From Moniliella sp. 'wahieum' (Eukaryota): a stretch of 64,000 bases of DNA. This document shows, piece by piece, positions 39,185 through 52,196 of the stretch (positions are counted from its first letter, which is position 1; each line of letters begins with the position of its first letter). A program made the position numbers and the translations under genes. Where the stretch lies: positions 1 to 64,000 of the forward strand of contig RSEE01000118.1 in the NCBI GenBank assembly GCA_003971905.1, in the 5' to 3' direction. Under the pieces are notes generated by a model, which saw only the letters and a program-made list of their open reading frames with translations, was not told the DNA's origin and searched no databases.

Positions 39185-42100
39185 ATGCCCATCCTCGGCC
39201 CCAGCCCGCTGCCAGCGTTCCCGCGGCACCGCCCCCCGCCTCGGCAGCCACCGCCTCCTCTTCGTCCCTCGCCACCCCCGCGCTTGCGCCCGCCCAGCGC
39301 ATCGCGCTACAGCCGCAACGTGAGCCATGTCGGCGGCGCAAGACGAAATGTGATCGGATCCGGCCGTGTGCGTCGTGTGTGCTGCGCAGCACCACCGAAT
39401 TCTGCTACCTACCCGGACCGACCGCATCTGGCGGGTGCAAGCACTGCCGCTGCTGCCTCCACCTCGGCGCCGCAGCCACGTGCGGACGCTAGTGCGTCTC
39501 GCTCCCGCAAGCGCAAAGAACCCCTGCCGCAGGGCTATGCGCTCGACTCTCTCTCCGATATATCTGCCGCCTTGACCGGTGCGACGACGCGCGGTGCTTC
39601 GCTGGACGTCGATGCGGTTCGTGCCCAGCTGGAAGGGGTGCGGAGTACTCTGCATCGACTCGACTCGTTGCTTCAGTGGTGGAGCAACGGGATCGGGCCA
39701 AAGCGGCCCACCACCTCGATCCCAATCACGATCCCGACCACGAAAGTGATCCGGACGATCCTCTGCCCTCCCATGTGCGCGCGAGCAAAGAAGCATTGAC
39801 CAAGGATATATTTTACGATGTGGTTCGTATGGCGCGCGAGTCGCTGCATGTGGCGGCGGCTATGCAGCCTCCGACGGGCGAGATGGACATGGACGCCCCC
39901 ATGATGGTTCTCCGTTCGTCCCAGCAACCCACGCTGTTTTGACTCGGGCAGCTACCTCCCCCCCGAGGCCAACACGTTTCCCAATGTTCAAGGCGCCGTG
40001 TCGCCGGTTACGGGGTTTACCTCGGCTCCCACCGCCCGGCCGCCGCATCGGACGGGGAGGCCCGGCTCGGTGCGTCTCCTGCGCATCCCCCCGGTTTTGC
40101 CATGTGCTTGGAAAATGCAGACATGTGCGCGATGATGCGGGAGCGTTCGGTGACCTGGGCCGAGTTGGCCGATGTGCTACCGCCCTTGAGTGACTTTGAG
40201 CGGCGTTTGACGCGTACCGCCGGTGGATGGTGCGGTGGGGTTCATCCCGATGGGCGACCTGATGCGGGTGTGGCGTCACTTTGCCTATCCGCCCCAAGTC
40301 GAGTAAGCGGGATGCTGGTGCGGTCCCGCGTTCGGCGGTGGCGCTGTGTCTCTTGATCCTTGCCCTGGTTGGTATCTGATTCCGCCCGGGAGCGAGGTGG
40401 GGCCGTTTTCTGTGCCTCTGAAGGTCCAGCATCCCCGTCTCTACGCCCTGGCAATGGACTCTGCGATGGCCACTCTTCCTCTGCCTTTGCGCCCTTGGCG
40501 CGCCGACGGGGCAACACATGGTCCCGCGCTCAGGAGATCTCCTTCACGCGTGTGCTTGCCGACTTGCTGGCTGCCATGTACGCTTCGCTTCTGGTGCGCG
40601 TGACCTGCTGTGGAAAAAGTGGCGCCGGCTGCCGGCGTGGACAAGCGATCCATCTGTTTGACGAAAATCACGTTCGTGGCGCCACCTGACCGATATGCAG
40701 AAAGAGTTCCGTCGTCGTGCAGCGCACAAACTCGTGTTTATCGATCGTTGGGAGGCACTCCTGTTCCAGCGCGACTGGTCCGTCACACCAGCCTTGTTCA
40801 ATGTGCAACCGCCTGGTTGTGCAGGAGGACGCGTTTGACCCTGACACGGGGCTCTCTCTCTGAGCAATTTCTCCCCCCCAAGTCGGAATCCGATGCGTCG
40901 TCCGAAAGCGCGTGGGGTACCTTGTCTATACGGATGTGCTGGTTCAGCTCAGTCTACATTTGCGGTACGTTTTTACTTTTTATCCTCCTCCTCCTCCTCC
41001 TCCTCCTCCTCCTCCTCCTCCTCCTCCCCTCCTCCTCCTCCTCCTCCTGTCGTCGTTTCGAGGACTGAAGGCTAACATGCTTTGGATAGTGTGCTGCCCA
41101 CGTTACCACGCCAGGAAGCGGCGGAAAAACGCGGGCGTTGGACGCGTTGATTGCATATCTGTTTGAAGAGTATCTGGCGGCGGTAGGCTGTCTCAGGACA
41201 ACTGCTCGATTGGCGTCCGCCGCCCCCTCCAACAACGAATCTTCCTGGGCCCGAGCCCAGGAGGCGGAGAACGACTCTATCCGTGCGCTCAATGACCCGG
41301 TCCGGCTGGGCTTCATTGCCCATACGTGGTCCAATGCGTATACGCTGCGATCGATGCTGGCGCGTCCTTGGCTCGACGACCCGAATGCGCCGGAGGACCT
41401 ACGGGTTTGCGGCGCTGGTGCACGCGCGCAAAGTGCTCGAGATCATCCCGTTTGTTCGGCGATTACCAAGATCCGCGCATCTGCCGCATGCGGTATGGAA
41501 CCCCGATAACCTTTTGAGCGCGTCGATGATTTGCCGTGCCGTTTCTCTCGCCGAATGCGATGGCTCGGCGGCGCCAGGCTCGGCGAGCAGTTGGGGGCGC
41601 ACCGTGGCCTTCAGGGGTTTGGACTGGTTTGCATCCAAGATCTTTGACACGCTGCAATTTTGAAGAGCTGGGCTCGCAGGGCAATCGTTCGGCGCAGGTG
41701 TGCCAGTTACTGCTGCATGGACTATGCAACCAACGCAAGGAGCTACGGCAACGGTACCTCTCTTCGCGTCTGGGGCGGGCGCGTCTGGAGCGCATTGCGC
41801 CCGGTCGTCCCCCGGCCTCAGGCGCGGGCGAACCATCCCACTCGTCATCGCGTCCCTCGTCGCGCCCCGCGCGGGCCTAGCTCCAGCTCGCCCGAGGCGG
41901 ACGAGCAGGACCTAGAGCCAGTTTGGTCGCCGATCCGGTCGTTGCGCTGTTCAAACTTTCCAGCCGATTGATATTTCGGGCGGGCGGGGGCGGCGGGAGG
42001 AAACCCACTCTGTCGCCGCCAGCGACGTCGACGCAGCGTACCAGTCCGCAAGAGACGGCGGATCGCCACATGCCTCATCGTCGACCAAGGCCCCCTCGCC

Positions 42101-42955
42101 CCGTTCGGAGCGTGTGCTGCGAACGGGAGCACGATGTGGACCTTGCCCGCGCGGGCTGGTGGATCGTCCGAGACCGCCAGGGTCCCCGAAGTAGCCGAGA
42201 GACCGGATGCGTCGACTTGACCGCATCGGGTGCGACCGAGACGAGCATCCTTCGCTTGCCTCCCTCTACCCCCCACCCGCCCAACCCGTTCGACCCCGCT
42301 GCCGATGGGATCTGCTGTCGAGTGCGACGGCCGCGTGCGCAGGCGATGCTGGCGTACCCGTTTGGAGCAGTGGCGTAGCGCCGGCTCGGTCGAGTATGGG
42401 CCGTGGCTCAACGCCTCAGGCTCCACGCCCAGTTCGGCCCGACCCCCCGGCACGGCCTGGCCGCCGTTCGGAATGGAGGGGGCGAGCTGGCCGACGGGCT
42501 GGCCAAGGACGCACCTGGCATGGCGGGGGGCAGCGTGGTGCTCCCGCCCCGACCTGTGGTTGCAGGCCGCGCTGGGCATCCCAGCCGAAGCCATGGTCTC
42601 CTCTCATCTCGGCGCCGGCAGCGCCACTGCCGGTGCCCGCCGCGTCAGCGACCCGTTCCGCCTGGGCTGCGGCCTGTTTCAGCGTCGACTGCGTGGCCGG
42701 GGGCGGGGAGAGGGCACGCCTGGCTGGGTTCGCTGCTTCTGCTTCCGCTTCTGCTTCTGCTGCTGCTTCTGCTGGGCCGCTCGACGCGGGGCTGTCGCCG
42801 CTGCCGCGCCTGCCGGACTACCTGACTGGCATGCCTGTGGCGCCGCCTGGCCCGGAGCGGACGCGGACCGGGAGGCGACGCCGCCCACGCCGTCGCGCTC
42901 GTCGCTCAACGACCTGCTCGCCTCGCTCACGTCGCACTGGAGAGCAAGGGTGTGA
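39185..42955 (+). CDS. Zn(II)2Cys6 fungal transcription factor; intron ~40965-41089; boundaries approximate
   Basis: xEPCRRRKTKCDRIRPCASCVLRSTTEFC at ~39320-39405, a coiled-coil-like VRAQLEGVRSTLHRLDSLL, and a long helical middle region. The first Cys is missing as assembled. Confidence 0.7.
40983..41048. repeat. (CCT)n microsatellite inside a predicted intron
   Basis: About 21 CCT units between the GTACGT donor (40965) and GCTAAC...TAG (41071-41089). Confidence 0.9.
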
Positions 42956-43359
42956 GCGGGGAGGGGGGGCACTAGTCACTACTCTGCATGTCGAGCAAAG
43001 CAAAGAAGCAGGCGGTTTTGAAGTATAGCATGTCCATATTTTAGTAGAGTACTGTCTGGGTGCGTGTCCGCAGGTCACGTGCCCACCTGTGATCGGCCAC
43101 CAGGCCCCGACGCCGCCCCGCCGGGACACTGCGCCCGTGCCGCGCCCCAGCCGGCGCCGCTGTGCCCCGCAAGACGGCAGCACACGCACACGGCGGCGGG
43201 GGGCAGTGTGGCGGGGCGGTGTGTGGGATGGCCGGGTGCCTGGGCTTAGCTTTGGCCGCGTGGGGTTGCCCCCGCCGCTCCCACTCGGCCCCGCGTTGTG
43301 TCTGCCCGCGGCGGCTGCTCGCCACCACCACCACCACCCCACCACCACCATCACCCGCC

Positions 43360-46300
43360 ATGCGCGCCGCACTCGCTGCGGCCGTCGCCGCCGCCCTCCC
43401 CTCCCACCGCCCCATCGCCCATGTCGCCGGCCGAGACGACCACAACAAGCCCGCGTCCTCCTCCTCGCCCAGGCCCTCCCTGGCGGTGAGCACGAGCAGG
43501 AGCAGGAGCAGGCGCCCGCCGACCCATGGGTCCTTCTCAAGGCCAAGAAGCACCACGGCGCCTACACCGTTGGCGCACCTGCCTCCCTCGCAACGCTTGT
43601 GGCTGTCGAGCACGAGTCGGTTCGTGCCTGCTCCCCCCCCCCCGCTCTCCCGCTCGTGCTGCTCCCGCTGACTCGTCCCGATGCACCGCCTCTCGCCCTG
43701 CCTAGCCCACCGCCTTCCTCCTCATCTTTGATACGAACCAGAGCACGCTCGGCTGGTCCGCCGACGATCCAGGCGAGGCAGAGACGTTTGTTGCTGCGCT
43801 GGCCGAGTGTGTGCTGGGCGCTGATCTCCTCCGCCTTCGCCTACGTCCGTGCCTGCATCCAGCAGCAACCCGCCGCACTTTAACCCTGCGCTGGAACGTG
43901 CACCCCATGATAGTCCCTCGTCCGATGCGCCCTCGGCCTCGACAGTCGTCACTGAGCCCGACGCTGCGCCGCCCGCGCGCACCAAACCTTCTTCCTCCCG
44001 TCCTGCCCCCCCGCCCTCGCCGCCTGACCCAGACAGCGAGTGGGCCGAGCCCTTAGACTCGGCGCGTGCCTTCCCGTCACCCCCCTCGCTCTCGTTCGGC
44101 CGTGGAGCCCCTCCCCACCTCCCCTCTGGCCCTGTGGACACCGACGACCGACGCCGACCACGGCGCGCGTCGTCCGTGCTCGCTGCGCCCGAGCAGCCAG
44201 AGCAGCAGCCCGCTCCCTCCCGCTCCGCCACGCTGCCGCCGCCGAAAAAGCTTGCGTCATCGCCTCGCTCTCCCACCCGAGGGAAAAGGAAAGCAAAGAA
44301 AGAAAAGGTGCAGGAAGAGGATGCGGCCACGCCTCGTCCTCGACCTTCTCTGCATCAATCTGATGCGCGCCGCTCTGAGCGCAGCACCTCGGCTGCTCTT
44401 GCCCAGAGCCGCCGCGCACGACGAGCCGCCGGGGTTTTCCGTTGAGGATGGGCTGCAGCCCCCCGACCCACCTCCCTTTGTTCGGGCGGCAGAATGGGCC
44501 GAGGAGGAAGAAGAGGCAGATGCCGTGTCGGAAGTGAATGCTACACTCCGCGTGGCCGAAGAACAACAGCGCCTGCCGCCGCGTCCGCTGGCCGCACTCT
44601 TCGCGACCAACGTGGGTCAAGGCCCGATCGAAACCCATGCCAGTGGGAAACGCAAGCGGCGGAGGAACCCAAAACGATTCGATCCACGCGTGTTTGAGCA
44701 AACGTTGTTACAAGGCACCCTACGCCACGCTCGATGCAGCAGTCAAAGCTGTTCAGAGCAAAGCGAAGGCCAAGTCAGCCCGTGCTCGACGAGTCAAAAT
44801 GCAGGGCGCAGCCGCTCGCGCCGCTCCGGTTCAGCCCGCGCCACAGACAGAGGAGGAGGACGAAGCTGCGTGGGCAGAAGCGGAGCAGCTCCTGTCCACG
44901 ATTGGCTATGGCCTCAGTGCCTCGACTGAGGAGCGGGGTACGGTGCGGGGGGCGATGTGATTGGGGCCACGTTGCAGGCCGAGCTGGCCGCGGCCGAGGG
45001 GGGGTTTCGAGTGGGCTTGCTGGCACCGTTGGCGGTACGTCCCGCCAGCCTTGGCGTGCGATGCGACCTCCTGCGCCTCAGCCTGCCACGATGCAAGGCC
45101 GCATCCTCTCCCATCTCCGGCGGCTGGGCGGGTGGGAGGAGGAGACGGAAGCAGAAGGACCCACCTGGGCCCTCGTCGCAAGAGAAGAGAGGAGCAGAGT
45201 ATGGGATTTTCGACTCGAGAGAGGTAGACGAGCTGCTGGATGGGGTGGAGGAGGCCTTGTTCCACCTCGAGCATTTGGGCGGGATGCTGGATTCGGCGCA
45301 GGATGGCATGCTGGCTGCCGCACCGGATGTCGTGGCGATTCGCAAAAAGCGGCACGGCGAACAACTGGCAGCGTCGAATGCGCAAGCGCTCGCGCGGGAA
45401 CTGGACCATTTCCTCACCCAAGCCGACGACTGGTCGCTCCCACCTCGGCGTGCCCCGGCTCAGAGTCGACTTGGCTCGCGCGTCGTGTCCCTTGGCACCT
45501 ACGCTCCCCGGCCTGAGCCTGACGTTCGCACCCGGCGCAGTATGGATGTTTCGCGCCTGCATGCGCGCAAGAGCATGGACGTGGGTCGGATGGATGCGCG
45601 GCGGAACATGGATGGAAACCGGAGGGACGCGCGGCGCAGTATGGACGTTGGTCGATTTGCGCTGCGGCGCAGCATGGATGTGGGCCGGATGGACACGCGA
45701 CGGAGCATGGACGTTGTTCGCCCCAGTCTGCGTCCGAGCAAGAGTGTGGATGCTGATCTATGGGACTCGGACCCTCGCCGCGGCGTATCTGGGGACGATG
45801 ATGCAAAGGGAGTCAGGGGGCCAATGCCTCTTCGCTGGACTCTCGCCGACGCCAAAGCATGGACGTTGCTCCCCTTTTCCCTCCTGCCCGCGCGCTCTCG
45901 AGCTTGAGCGGGCGTGTGCCTGCCGCGCAGGCCCATGGTTCATCCCGGTCGGGCGGAGCGGCTGCAATGGAGACGCTTCTCTCCACCCCTTGACAGCACA
46001 GGGTGACCATGTGGCTACGTTGGAGGCGGCCGCAACGGAAGTGTACAAGCGCTACTTGACCTCGTCGGACCCCGAGCACTTGAGACGGCAGCCCGGTTTG
46101 CGGCCAAGTTCCTCACCTTTACTCAGCAGATGCGCGGTGGCCGTGTCGAGGCCTACCACGGCCTCGGTTTCCCCCTCTGCATCCTCCCCTTCCTTGGCCG
46201 CGACGCAACCAGGCCCGCCTCAAGGGTTGGCCTTGGCCAAGTCGATCGAGACGGCGCTGGAGCAGTATTGCGGCCTGGTCTTGTTTGTCCGGGAGATGGC

Positions 46301-47894
46301 GCCCGACAGCTACGAGGCACTGAGGGACGAATACGTTGTGGCGGTACGGGTGCATGTTACAATGCTTCGCAATGGTCGCTCCCCCCTGGTACTGGTTTGG
46401 CCCCTTCTCCTTCCTCGCCTGCCCTTTTGTCTGCTGGCTCGCAGGGCGCCTCGGTAGCAGCGGCGGTCCGATTGATGCATTCGGTCGCTGGTCTGATGGC
46501 GTCCCAGCACAGTTTTGTGGTGGACTTTCTGCATCTGTCCTCGGTCCCAATCACGTTTGCCAACTACCTTCAACTTGAGCCCGAGCTGGTTGCGCAGGCG
46601 ACCGAGCTGGGGTATGGGCCTCGACTTGCGCGGCCCGACGTGGCCCGAACGGGTGCTGGACCAAATCTTTGCGCCTGCGGTGCAGGCTGTGGAGGAACGG
46701 GTGCAACAGGAACGGATGCATGGCTTGGCGCCCATTGCGCTTCTTGCTGGGCTCGAATCTGCCTTGGCCGCCTCGCCTCGCGCCAATGCACCTCCTCAGG
46801 ACGGGATGGAATACGCGCGCGCGCGATTGGCGCCCCTGTGGACCACCTTGGTGGCCGACATGGACCAACTGGTGCAGCATGAGGCCGGGCTGTTGCGCCA
46901 ATCGTTGGAGGACGCGCCTTCTCTGTCCCAAGCCGTGGGAGAGGGAGAGGAGAAAGGCGGGTTGGGACGCAGGTTGACGCCTCCGGCGGCCGTCAGTACC
47001 GGCACCTGTGGTGAGCCACGAAACGTACGTCTTGCCCTGTGCGACGCGGGTGCCAGGGTGGTTTGTCCAAGCGGATGCGCAGGTGCGTCTTGCGTTGCGG
47101 GTGGTGAGTGCGCCCGTGGCGCAACCCAAGAGCACCCAAGCGCGCCTGGACGCGGCAGTGGCCAAGTTGGCAAGGTGGCACTGAGTCTGATCGCGGCGCG
47201 GGCTGGGGACGCGAGACGGTTTGCGCGCCAGGCACCGAAAGAACTGTACGCGGACCTGGTCCGGATCGTCAATCTGGACGCCATGTTGCAGGCGACGGGG
47301 CGGGCGCGGGCAAGTTGGCCAGCCGGGCGTTGGACGAGCTGGCAAGCCAGACGGGCGGCACTGCAGGCGGCGGTAGCGGGCTACGCCCATGCCCTTCTCC
47401 ATGCGCCCTGGGGCCAACTGGGCGCGTTTGTGGCCCAGGTGGAGCAAGTGCCGGGCGATCCGCTACGGCGACCAGGCACCCAACCCCACGACTGGCTCGC
47501 GCTCGTCGAGGCTTACTCGGCAGACAACGTGGTGGCGCTGGTGCGATCGCTCAGTCGGCAAGTCGGCTTGCACTTCCACCTCTCTCTCCCGAGAGCCAGG
47601 GCCAGGGCCAAGCAGCCAGCGCGCGAGGTGCGCAGCTGGCCTGGACAGCGATCCAACGCAGAATGGTAGCCGATGTCGAGCGCTTCCGCTCCCTCGCCCT
47701 CGCCGTCTTTCGCTCCGACCCGTGGGATGGCATTGGATGTGCTGGCCTGGTCGGTGGACGGGTCGTCGGTCGCGTCCTGCTTCCAGACCGCTCGCCCGTC
47801 GGCACGGGAGGGACGGGAGCTGAGCCTGAGGTTGAGGCGGAGGCGGCCCTGGGGCCTGGGGCGGGCAGGGCAGAAGGGCAGGGTAATGTTTTAG
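43360..47894 (+). CDS. Divergent exocyst subunit Sec3-like protein; boundaries approximate
   Basis: N-terminal PH-like WVLLKAKKHHGAYTVG, coiled coil DVVAIRKKRHGEQLAASNAQALARELDHFL (cf. Sec3 DIxxIExxxxGLQVQxxNQxxLxxEL), LEAAATEVYK, LEQYCGLVLFVREM, SFVVDFLHL..ITFANYLQLE, YAHALLHAPWGQLGAFV and LSRQVGLHF. Confidence 0.6.
45533..45730 (+). repeat. 33-bp coding minisatellite, 6 units, consensus RRSMDVGRxDx
   Basis: Units start at 45533, 45566, 45599, 45632, 45665 and 45698: RRSMDVSRLHA RKSMDVGRMDA RRNMDGNRRDA RRSMDVGRFAL RRSMDVGRMDT RRSMDVVRPSL. Confidence 0.9.
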
Positions 47895-48081
47895 CGCTCC
47901 AAAACTCGGATCCATCAGTTACTTCGGATAGGTGGGTGGACGCGTCTTTCCTTGCCCTTTTCCTCGCTCTTAGTACTATACGATACGATACGATCCTATC
48001 CTCAGGCCTCACCACACTCTCTCGACGTCCAGCTCAACTTGTAGGGTGTTCTATTGTTGAGGCGCAGGCGGGCGTGGTTGT

Positions 48082-48085
<4 letters not shown>

Positions 48086-48138
<53 letters not shown>
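48086..48138. repeat. (GA)n microsatellite
   Basis: Near-perfect GA run of about 26 units. Confidence 0.95.
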
Positions 48139-48141
<3 letters not shown>

Positions 48142-48637
48142 TGGATGGTATGAAGGTGGATGGGTGAGGTGCGCGTTCTGGGCTCGGAGAGGAGTGACTA
48201 GTAGTGACATTGAAGTGGGACAAGTGACGCGAGTAGTAGTAGCATCTTCATTGAAGGCAGCACCAGTGCTGCCTACGGCATGTTACTGCCGAAAGGCAAG
48301 GACTGTAGACGAAGAGACTGGGGCGGCAGATGGACACTCCAGAACGAAGCAATAGTACTACCAATATCACTACTAGCACTGGTGGTACAGTACCTGCCGC
48401 CCCAGCCCCAGCCACCAGACGGACACTTCGCACCTCCTCAGCTTCCCTCAGTCTGCCTCGCCTTTGCCCGTGCCGTGTGCACCTGAATGAGAGCGACGGA
48501 TGAGTGGTGGGCAGCCAGCCGGACTGCTCAACCAGCACCGCAATCCCATGATTGTCTTCTGCGTCATTGCATTGCGACTATGATGTTAGTGGATCTCTTG
48601 CGAGGATTGCGAACTGAGCACACGCACCGCTCTCGGA

Positions 48638-48684
48638 TCATCTCATCTCATCTCATCTCATCTTCGCATCATCTCATCTCTCAT
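48638..48684. repeat. (TCTCA)n pentamer repeat
   Basis: TCTCA x4 perfect plus degenerate flanking units. Confidence 0.75.
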
Positions 48685-49187
48685 TCATTCCATGGGTCTC
48701 ATATCATTTTCGATGCCTTCTTCTTGGACTGACCTCGTTTCGGCTGCGACCAACGTATGTTTTGTCGCGTCTTTCCCCGCCCATTGTTTCTTTGGCTCTG
48801 TTGCTGCGTCTTGGTTGTCGTTCGCGCGGTTCGTTGACGTGAAACTAGTGATCACTTGATCGCGCGTCGATTCATGTCTAATGTATGCCTAGTATTGGAA
48901 CACGCCCCACCTTGATCTGGGAATTAACGTCTCTGTTACTGCTCCTAATAGCCGGCTACTGAATCCCATGGGAACCAGCTGGCCCCTACCAGTGCGCGCT
49001 GGGATGCAAAGCAGAGGTTAAGCGAGGCAGGGGAGGAGGCAGATGAACATGGATTGGTAGCCCACAGCACTGATTAAGTAGATGTTGGGGGAAGAATGCT
49101 ACAAGGAAACAGCGTCTGCTGTCATGTGTGTGGGAAAGGGGGGGGGGTTGGAAGGGAAAAACAATGCGGGGGGAGGGGCAATTTTGG

Positions 49188-51052
49188 TTAAGAGCGCTTG
49201 GTCAGCAGCTCAGCCTTCTTGATCTGCTCGGCCGTTTCGGCATGAAGACGCTTCTTGTAGCCCTCAATGTCCATGTTCTCCTCCTTGGTCAAGTTGACAA
49301 TCCGACCGTCGCGCACTTCCCAAATGTCCTTGGCCACTGCCTTGAGCAGGCGGAAATCGTGCGAGACAATCACCACGCCGCCCCGAACTCATTGATAGCT
49401 TGCGCCAGCGCATCAATCGAGGTCATGTCCAAGTGGTTCGTTGGCTCGTCGAGAAGGATAATGTGGGGGGACTCCATGGCCAACTGGGAGAACACCACCC
49501 GGTCCGCAGCCCGTCGGACAGCGTGCGAATTTCCGAGGTTTGGTGCGACCCCGTCAGGCCAAATCGACCAATCTGGCCGCGCCAGAACTGGACGTCCTTG
49601 TTAGGGAACTTGAGCGAATACTTGGATTCCATATAGTCGAGCGGACTCTTGTCGTACGGCAACTGGTCCGCCGAGTGCTGCGAGTACTTGGCCAGCTTGA
49701 TGGATGGGTGGCGGTTGACTGTACCCTCGACCGGGTTCACGCGCCAGTCATGAGGTTGAGCAGGGTTGACTTGCCCGTACCGTTGGCCCGACAATCGCCA
49801 CGCGCGAATCCATGTCAACAGCGAGCTCGAGGCCCTTGTACAGGTAGTCCTCCTTCTTGCCCGGTACGAGAAGGCCACGTCGGAAAACGCAATGTTGGGC
49901 GGCGGCAAGCGTGCCACATCCTCAAAGTTGAACCGCAGCTTCTTGGGCTCGCGCACGGGCTGAACCATCCAGCACTCCATCTTGTCGATGATCTTTTGCT
50001 TCGACTGAGCTTGCTTGACCAAGTTGGCGTATGTACCGGCCGAGGCAATGAACCGCTTGATCTTGGCAATCTCCTCTTGCTGCTTGTAGTACGCCTTCAT
50101 CTGGTTCACCTCATTCTCTTTCTTCACCCGGACGTAGGTAGAGTAGTTACCACCATAGTAGACTAGTTTCCTTGTCCGTCGTCAGGTCAATAATGTTGGT
50201 GCACACCTCGTCCATAAAGTCGGCCGAGTGGGAGGTGAGGACGAGAATGTTGGGGTACTTGGCCAGGTAGGCCTCGAGCCACACGACGCTACCCAGGTCC
50301 AAGTGGTTCGTCGGCTCGTCCAACAGAAGCATGTGGGGCTTGATAAACAGGGCACGAGCGAGCGAGACACGCATGCGCCAACCGCCAGACAAGTCCTTGG
50401 TCGGTTTCTTCATCGACTGCACAGTAAACCCGAGACCGTGGAGAATGGAGGAAGCCTTGGCCTCAAACGTAGATGGGTCGAGCGCATCCAGTTCCTCGTA
50501 CATTGCCTCAATCAACAACTCGTCCACATCGTCGGACGCCGACACATCTTCAATCCGCTTCTCCAGCTTGTCCACTTTTTTTGGCCGACGCAATGCAGTA
50601 CTCGAGCGCATTCATCTCTGACGGCTCCACCTCGCCCTGGACCAGGTGGATATCAATGTGCTCTGGGATCTCCACGTCGCGCCCATTGATCGCCTCCAGC
50701 AACGTCGTCTTGCCCGAGCCATTCTCACCCAACAGGCCGTAGCGCTGGCCATAGTTGAGCGTGATCGAGGCGCCGTCGAGCAAGAGGGGCCGTGGAACGA
50801 CATGGTAAAGTTGTCAATGTGCACGTCGCGCGACTGCTTGTCCGAAGTAAGAACACCGGACGCGTTGCGGTCGGTAGCCAGCTCCAACTTCTTCATTTCG
50901 TCCGTCGCGCCGTCGACGCCGTCGGCCGAGGTGGCATCGGTGCTCTTGGAGGCCTTGGAGGCCTTGGACTTGGACGTCTTGGACGAGCTGGCGTCCTTGG
51001 GGTTCTTGGCGGCCTTCTCCGCCTGACGCTTTGCCTTGGATGCAGACACCAT
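49188..51052 (-). CDS. ARB1: ABC-F ATPase Arb1/ABCF2 (ribosome biogenesis/quality control)
   Basis: [103 protein letters not shown] and VIVSHDFRL. Confidence 0.95.
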
Positions 51053-51166
51053 GCTGGGTAACAAAGGGCCGAGGTGGTGGGGGGAGGCGGTGCGCGAGGC
51101 CCAGGATTCGGGCCACGGACAAGTCGCCTAAAAAGCGGCGGTCCGTGCTGGTATTCGTTTGAGCGC

Positions 51167-51176
51167 AAAAAATTTC
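51167..51176 (-). promoter_or_regulatory. RRPE-like A/T element upstream of ARB1
   Basis: GAAATTTTTT on the - strand, ~115 bp before the ATG, in otherwise GC-rich DNA. Confidence 0.25.
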
Positions 51177-52156
51177 GGGCACCCGCCCGCAGACGGGCAG
51201 TGTGCGGGGCAGGCCTACGTAATCGAGCGTCATCGATCCTCGCGGAGCGCAATCGGCGCGGGGCGGCTGATCAATCGATCATTACGGTGGTGATCGATGG
51301 TCGATGATTCCGATGATTAATTATTCATCGCGTTCTTCGGCGCCCCTGTGCGGGGGGCGAAACGCGCTGGGCACCGCACACAGCGCACCTGGGGGGGGCG
51401 GAAGAGCAGGGGGCCGCCACTCCTTGCACCGAAGCCCCAGGGGAGCAGTGGGGGCGTGAAGGAGTGGCGGTCGGTGCAACGCCGCTCGGTGCTTCTGTGG
51501 CGATGCGTGATTTTGGTTGCGCCAGCACACGGCATCATCTATGTCCCATGCATGATTCGGATGCGTTCCGATTCGGGATGCTCGCACCACACACCATGCA
51601 TCATGCATCATCGATCATCCATCAACGTCATCAACATTCAAACTATCACCTGTCACTCACATGTCGCATGTCACTGTCATGCATCAATCGTTCTTCCGCC
51701 TCACCACCAACCGCACGGTTCTCTCTCCACCCCCCTTACCATTCGTCGGCCCTCCTCCTCTGCTGGCCTTTCCGAGCTGCTCCTCTCCACTCTGGGCCTT
51801 CGGAGGGCAGATCACTGTTGATGAGGCCAAAAGCACGGTGGAATTAAGGATAACAGACAATGAAGCACGGGCACAGGATGCAGGCCACCATCCAGACCCC
51901 ACATGCCAACGAGAGTACCTCCTCTCGCCAGCGAGCAATGAAGGGAAGTACTACGGAGTTCTACGGGGTGGAGTGCGCGCAGTCGCCATAGTGGCTTCAC
52001 TCATAGCCTCACTAAATTATGTATCAGTGACTAGTAGTTCTTAGTGGTGCCTGAGCCTGAGGCAAGATATGAGTGGAGAGGAACTGGGGGACGAATGGTT
52101 CAATGCAGAGTCCACGACAAACACGTCGATCCGAAACAAAACTCGTGGTGAGAGCA

Positions 52157-52196
52157 ATGGCCCATGGCCCATGGCTCATGGCTCATGGCTCATGGC
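52157..52196. repeat. (ATGGCYC)n heptamer repeat
   Basis: ATGGCCC x2, ATGGCTC x3, then ATGGC. Confidence 0.8.

Noticed and set aside
45533..45730. CRISPR-like array (33-bp periodicity)
   Set aside because: The units are contiguous with no unique spacers, lie in frame in a eukaryotic gene, and have no cas genes nearby.
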